Below, one piece after another: positions 60,570 through 64,000 of a stretch of DNA of 64,000 nucleotides (within the stretch, counting starts at the first letter, position 1; each line of letters opens with the position of its first letter). The translations under genes and the position numbers were made by a program. This stretch comes from an uncultured cyanobacterium (GTDB taxonomy: Bacteria; Cyanobacteriota; Cyanobacteriia; Cyanobacteriales; CAWCAG01). The notes below the pieces were generated by a model that worked only from the letters and a program-made list of their open reading frames with translations, did not search any database and was not told the origin of the DNA. The DNA lies in NCBI GenBank assembly GCA_963793425.1, contig CAWCAG010000007.1, positions 320,001 to 384,000 on the forward strand, given 5' to 3'.

Positions 60570-61712
60570 GTGGAGGTCATTTTTCAACTGCTATTTAGTA
60601 AATTCCGGCAATCGACTAAAGCCTCAGAGCAAAACTGTCGATCTGTTGCCGAACGGATTGCCAATGAAGTAGCAAGGATTTGTCAGCAAAGTTCTCGTAT
60701 TCAAGCTTCTGGCGAAATAGAACACTGGGCCGAAAAATTAGCTAACCATCGCTTAGAGCAGTGCCTAAATTATTATTCTCTAGGTTCTAATCGAGGGCGA
60801 ATTGAACTACAGAGTACCTTGAGTGCCATAGTCTACCGCTACATCTCTCCTCCAGGTGCGATCGCCAGCTATCAAGCTAGATTGACTTTAATTGAAGACT
60901 TTTTGCAAGGTTTTTATGCAGAAGCCTTAAATGCTTTTCGGCGAGAGGCAGAACTTCAACCCGAATACTCTCCTCGTACTCTTTTAGAGCTTGGGGAATA
61001 TATGGCCTTTTGTGAACGCTATGGCAAAAGACGGATTCCTTTACCAGGGAAACGCTCTCAACAGTTAATTATTCTCCGGGCCCAAACTTTTTCTCAACAA
61101 CAACCTAGCGACGCATCAGTAGATATTGATGCTGCCGGAGATGGAGGTAGCTTAGACTCCAATCGAGGTTGGAATGATCCCACGGTTCAGCAACTAAGGG
61201 AAGTCATGGTAGAGCAAGAATCTACTCCTTTAGAAGCAAATTTGCGGGAAACAATTATTGAGGAGTTAATCGCTTACCTAGAAGAAAGGCAACAAAACGA
61301 GTGTATCAACTACTTTGTTCTGCGCCTGCAAGACCTTAGTGCTAATGAAATTGAGCAAATTTTAGAGCTAACCCCCAGAAAAAGGGATTACTTACAACAA
61401 CGCTTTAAGTATCATCTAATTCGTTTTGCTCTTTCTCACCGCTGGGAATTGGTGCATCAATGGTTAGAAGCGGATTTAGAACGTAATTTGGGCTTGACTC
61501 CCCAGAAGTGGGAAACCCTCAAAGAGAAGCTAAGCCCTACTCAAGCTGAACTATTGCGACTTAAACAATTAGAAACCCCTACAGCAGAAATTGCTAAGGA
61601 ACTATCCTTAACAGTAAATCAAGCTGAGAAACAGTGGTTCAAGCTACTCGAACTCGCTTGGGATATTCGTAATCGTTCAGTATCCGGATCGGGCGCATCT
61701 CCAGATGAATAG
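60570..61712 (+). CDS. hetZ: HetZ-family protein
   Basis: STKASEQNC, LSAIVYRYI, QQLIILRAQTF, RDYLQQRFKYHL and WELVHQWL; C-terminal HTH-like segment. Confidence 0.9.
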   Translation: MEVIFQLLFSKFRQSTKASEQNCRSVAERIANEVARICQQSSRIQASGEIEHWAEKLANHRLEQCLNYYSLGSNRGRIELQSTLSAIVYRYISPPGAIASYQARLTLIEDFLQGFYAEALNAFRREAELQPEYSPRTLLELGEYMAFCERYGKRRIPLPGKRSQQLIILRAQTFSQQQPSDASVDIDAAGDGGSLDSNRGWNDPTVQQLREVMVEQESTPLEANLRETIIEELIAYLEERQQNECINYFVLRLQDLSANEIEQILELTPRKRDYLQQRFKYHLIRFALSHRWELVHQWLEADLERNLGLTPQKWETLKEKLSPTQAELLRLKQLETPTAEIAKELSLTVNQAEKQWFKLLELAWDIRNRSVSGSGASPDE

Positions 61713-62718
61713 TGACATGAATGAAAACTCAGATTTTCTGTATAACCAAATACTAAGCTGGTTAGCTGAAGAATCTAATTCAGACCAATCGCCACCCCAA
61801 GATGGCGAACCAAATCAAATTGATTCTGCCGAAGAATCAATTGTAGATGGGGAAATTGAGCAGTTAAATGACCTGGATAGAGAACAGGATGAAAAACCGA
61901 CTCAATCCCCTCAAAAACTCGACATGGGAGATATAACACAAGTGAAAAACCGTTTTCAGTCGCTTTTAAAGCGCAAACTACTAGCCGAGATTGAGAGTCA
62001 CCCGCCTTTGTTTCCTTGGGAAACAGAAAATTCTAGCTATGAACCCGAAATTACTGACTCGTTGATTAACAACTTAGTTCCTTTCCAAAGATTGTGGATG
62101 CCCCAGCTAAGTAACTTAGGGTTACCGAAAAAGATCCTTGTTCAGTTATTGGATGCTTGTTCGGCCGCTATGCAATCTCGGCGACCGGAAGGGGCAAAAA
62201 TGGTACAAGCTGTTAGCGGTTTATTTCCTCAGCAGTTTCAGTCTCTTAACCAAATGGCTGGAATTGTTTTAGTCGGCCCGTCCCGTAGTGCAGAATTAGA
62301 TTTACCTTCAAGGGATTATGAGACAGCGACAACTCAGCAACAAATGGCTATGTCTTTAATTGCTGCTAGGGAAATAATTAATAATCTTACTATTAACCTT
62401 TCTCCTCATCAGCCCTCAGTGGAACGTCAGTGGCAAACCACAGTTGGTTTAGTTGCTTTAGATGCTGAGTATCAACCAGCAAAAGAAGACGGCTCTATTT
62501 CCTCTAGGGCCTCTTTGAGGGTTAATGTTAGGCTGCCGAAAGGAGGTAGCGTAACTTTGCAGACCCCCCAAGAATCTGCTAAGGCTGAACGTACTTACCC
62601 TGGACATCTCAGCGTAGAATTGTTCGACTGGCAACCAGGACAAATTTACTCCCTAGAGATTCGTTTATTTGACCCAGACCAAACACCTTTAAACTTTGTT
62701 TTAGCGATTAGTGAATAG
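61705..62718 (+). CDS. patU: PatU-family protein (single unsplit ORF)
   Basis: Overlaps the hetZ stop; RFQSLLKRKL..EIE..PPLFPWE, GAKMVQAV..LFP and QQMAMSL.AA. Confidence 0.85.
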   Translation: MNSDMNENSDFLYNQILSWLAEESNSDQSPPQDGEPNQIDSAEESIVDGEIEQLNDLDREQDEKPTQSPQKLDMGDITQVKNRFQSLLKRKLLAEIESHPPLFPWETENSSYEPEITDSLINNLVPFQRLWMPQLSNLGLPKKILVQLLDACSAAMQSRRPEGAKMVQAVSGLFPQQFQSLNQMAGIVLVGPSRSAELDLPSRDYETATTQQQMAMSLIAAREIINNLTINLSPHQPSVERQWQTTVGLVALDAEYQPAKEDGSISSRASLRVNVRLPKGGSVTLQTPQESAKAERTYPGHLSVELFDWQPGQIYSLEIRLFDPDQTPLNFVLAISE

Positions 62719-62804
62719 TTTTTAGCAGTTACAGGTTAAGAATAGGTAAGGTTGAAAGGTACAAGGAATAATTTGTACCCTGTAACTTAGTAGACCTTTA
62801 AAAG

Positions 62805-64000
62805 GTGCAACTGCAATCTGTGGAAACTTTACGACGACGATCTATACCTGTAGTCGGGAAAATCTGGCAGCGCCTAGGAAATATGCCTCTACCACCAACA
62901 GAGGAATCTATCCTACTGCGGATCTTTGTCCAGGGCTTGGTAGCTGTAGGTGTTATCGCTACAGATGTGGCTGCGGATACCCAATTAAGTTTGTGGGCAA
63001 TACCCTTAAGCTGTGTCGGTGCTATTTGGAGTTGGTATCGACGGCGTAAGCGCAATGTCATGGTGAAGTTTTTCCTTGCCATAGGTATGTTACTAGCTAT
63101 GGCTAGTTTTTTTGGGAACTTATTCTCCAGTTTGAATGATACCCGCCTCGTACTAGCTGAGTTATTGATTCAACTACAAGTCCTTCACAGCTTTGATTTA
63201 CCTCGGCGTAAAGATTTAGGCTATTCCATGGTGATTGGTTTAATTCTGTTGGGGGTAGCTGGTACTGTTTCGCAAACTTTGGCTTTTGCGCCTCTGTTGT
63301 TACTTTTTTTAGTCTTGGCTCTACCTGTTTTAGTTTTAGATTATCGTTCTCGTTTGGGGTTGGTTACAGAAAAAAAGAGGAGAAAAAACTCTAGCAGAGA
63401 GAATTTAGAGGAAGGGGATAATCAACTTTCTCTTTCTCGTCTTAAATCTTCCCTTTTTGTTATTCTTTCTCCCCAACGTTGGCTGTTTTTCTTAGGAACT
63501 ATTTTGGTTTTAGGATTAACTATCTTTCTGTTGATGCCTCGGTTTCCCGGCTATCAACTCCAAAGCTTTCCTGTTAGTGCGCCCGTAGATTTGGATAACC
63601 AAAGTTTTGAGCAGCAAAATCAGGGTATTGTCAATCCTGGTTATGGCAACCAAGAAAATGGTGAGGCCGAAGGTAGGGGTAGTGGGGAAACCGAAGGGCC
63701 AGGAGAAGTTGACGACACTTTTTACTATGGCTTTAATAGTCAGATCAATCAAAATCTCCGAGGGGAAATGACTCCCAAGGTGGTTTTGCGGATACGTTCC
63801 CAAGCACCAGGTTTTTGGCGTGTAATGGCCTTTGATCGCTACACTGGCAAAGGATGGCAGATTTCTCGCGAAGATAAGTTAATTCAAATTGAACGCCCTA
63901 GTTGGTCTTATCAATTTTACCTGTCTCCTCCTCGTACCACAGCACCCACTAAACAGGTAATTCAAAGTTATACAACAGTTGCAGAGTTACCGAATATTAT
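62805..64000 (+). CDS. DUF3488 / transglutaminase (TgpA-type) membrane protein; runs off the window
   Basis: Manual translation from GTG 62805: ...EESILLRIFVQGLV...LQVLHSFDLPRRKDLGYSMVIGLIL...MPRFPGYQ...RSQAPGFWRVMAFDRYTGKGW. Confidence 0.85.
   Translation, partial: MQLQSVETLRRRSIPVVGKIWQRLGNMPLPPTEESILLRIFVQGLVAVGVIATDVAADTQLSLWAIPLSCVGAIWSWYRRRKRNVMVKFFLAIGMLLAMASFFGNLFSSLNDTRLVLAELLIQLQVLHSFDLPRRKDLGYSMVIGLILLGVAGTVSQTLAFAPLLLLFLVLALPVLVLDYRSRLGLVTEKKRRKNSSRENLEEGDNQLSLSRLKSSLFVILSPQRWLFFLGTILVLGLTIFLLMPRFPGYQLQSFPVSAPVDLDNQSFEQQNQGIVNPGYGNQENGEAEGRGSGETEGPGEVDDTFYYGFNSQINQNLRGEMTPKVVLRIRSQAPGFWRVMAFDRYTGKGWQISREDKLIQIERPSWSYQFYLSPPRTTAPTKQVIQSYTTVAELPNI

Larger units (their letters stand above)
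119..60865. repeat. Dispersed HIP1 octamers GCGATCGC
   Basis: About 20 copies seen by eye (near 119, 2890, 4549, 5521, 12810, 21238, 34792, 55353, 57324, 60858 and others), far above chance. Confidence 0.9.

Noticed and set aside
61683..61688. TCCGGA (DIF1 heterocyst promoter motif) just before patU
   Set aside because: A single hexamer inside the hetZ coding sequence, expected by chance, with no evidence of a heterocystous host.
63674..63692. RGSG motif resembling PatS/PatX RGSGR
   Set aside because: It reads RGSGE inside a Gly/Glu-rich linker of the transglutaminase protein.
1006..63803. Many short antisense or overlapping ORFs in the track (e.g. 1006-1335, 37091-37470, 47172-47546, 57417-57785, 62798-63082, 63516-63803)
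   Set aside because: Shadow frames of well-supported genes with no recognisable motifs.

Overview
A 64 kb, AT-rich (roughly 39% GC by eye) cyanobacterial chromosome segment. Evidence for this assignment is about 20 HIP1 octamers (GCGATCGC), heptamer STRR-type repeats, and ycf54, ndhV-like, hetZ/patU, ctpC, sigH-like and sds genes. Most of the window is core genome (lipA, susA, ilvN, infC, ftsQ/ftsZ, nadE, frmA). It also holds several signalling modules: an UrtA/AmiC-GAF histidine kinase, an FHA-GAF adenylate cyclase, an MFS-HEAT plus cNMP pair, two kinases behind frmA, and an ECF sigma/anti-sigma/Spy cluster. An NTPase plus TPR-STAND-WD40 (NLR-like) pair and a decayed xisH/xisI/IS630 spot are also present. 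Main leads: (1) a thrC-like/sulfur-carrier operon under a near-perfect IscR-type Rrf2 box, a candidate homocysteine route, with a DUF39 sulfurtransferase in the same window; (2) an apparent truncated PatU paralogue near hetZ-patU; (3) two small ORFs with ribosome-binding sites that the ORF track missed; (4) an NtcA box before the urea/amide-sensor kinase; (5) a possible ACG start in infC; (6) a poly-G frameshift in nurA. No rRNA, tRNA, CRISPR array or intact mobile element was seen. All family assignments come from motif recognition by eye, with no database searches run.
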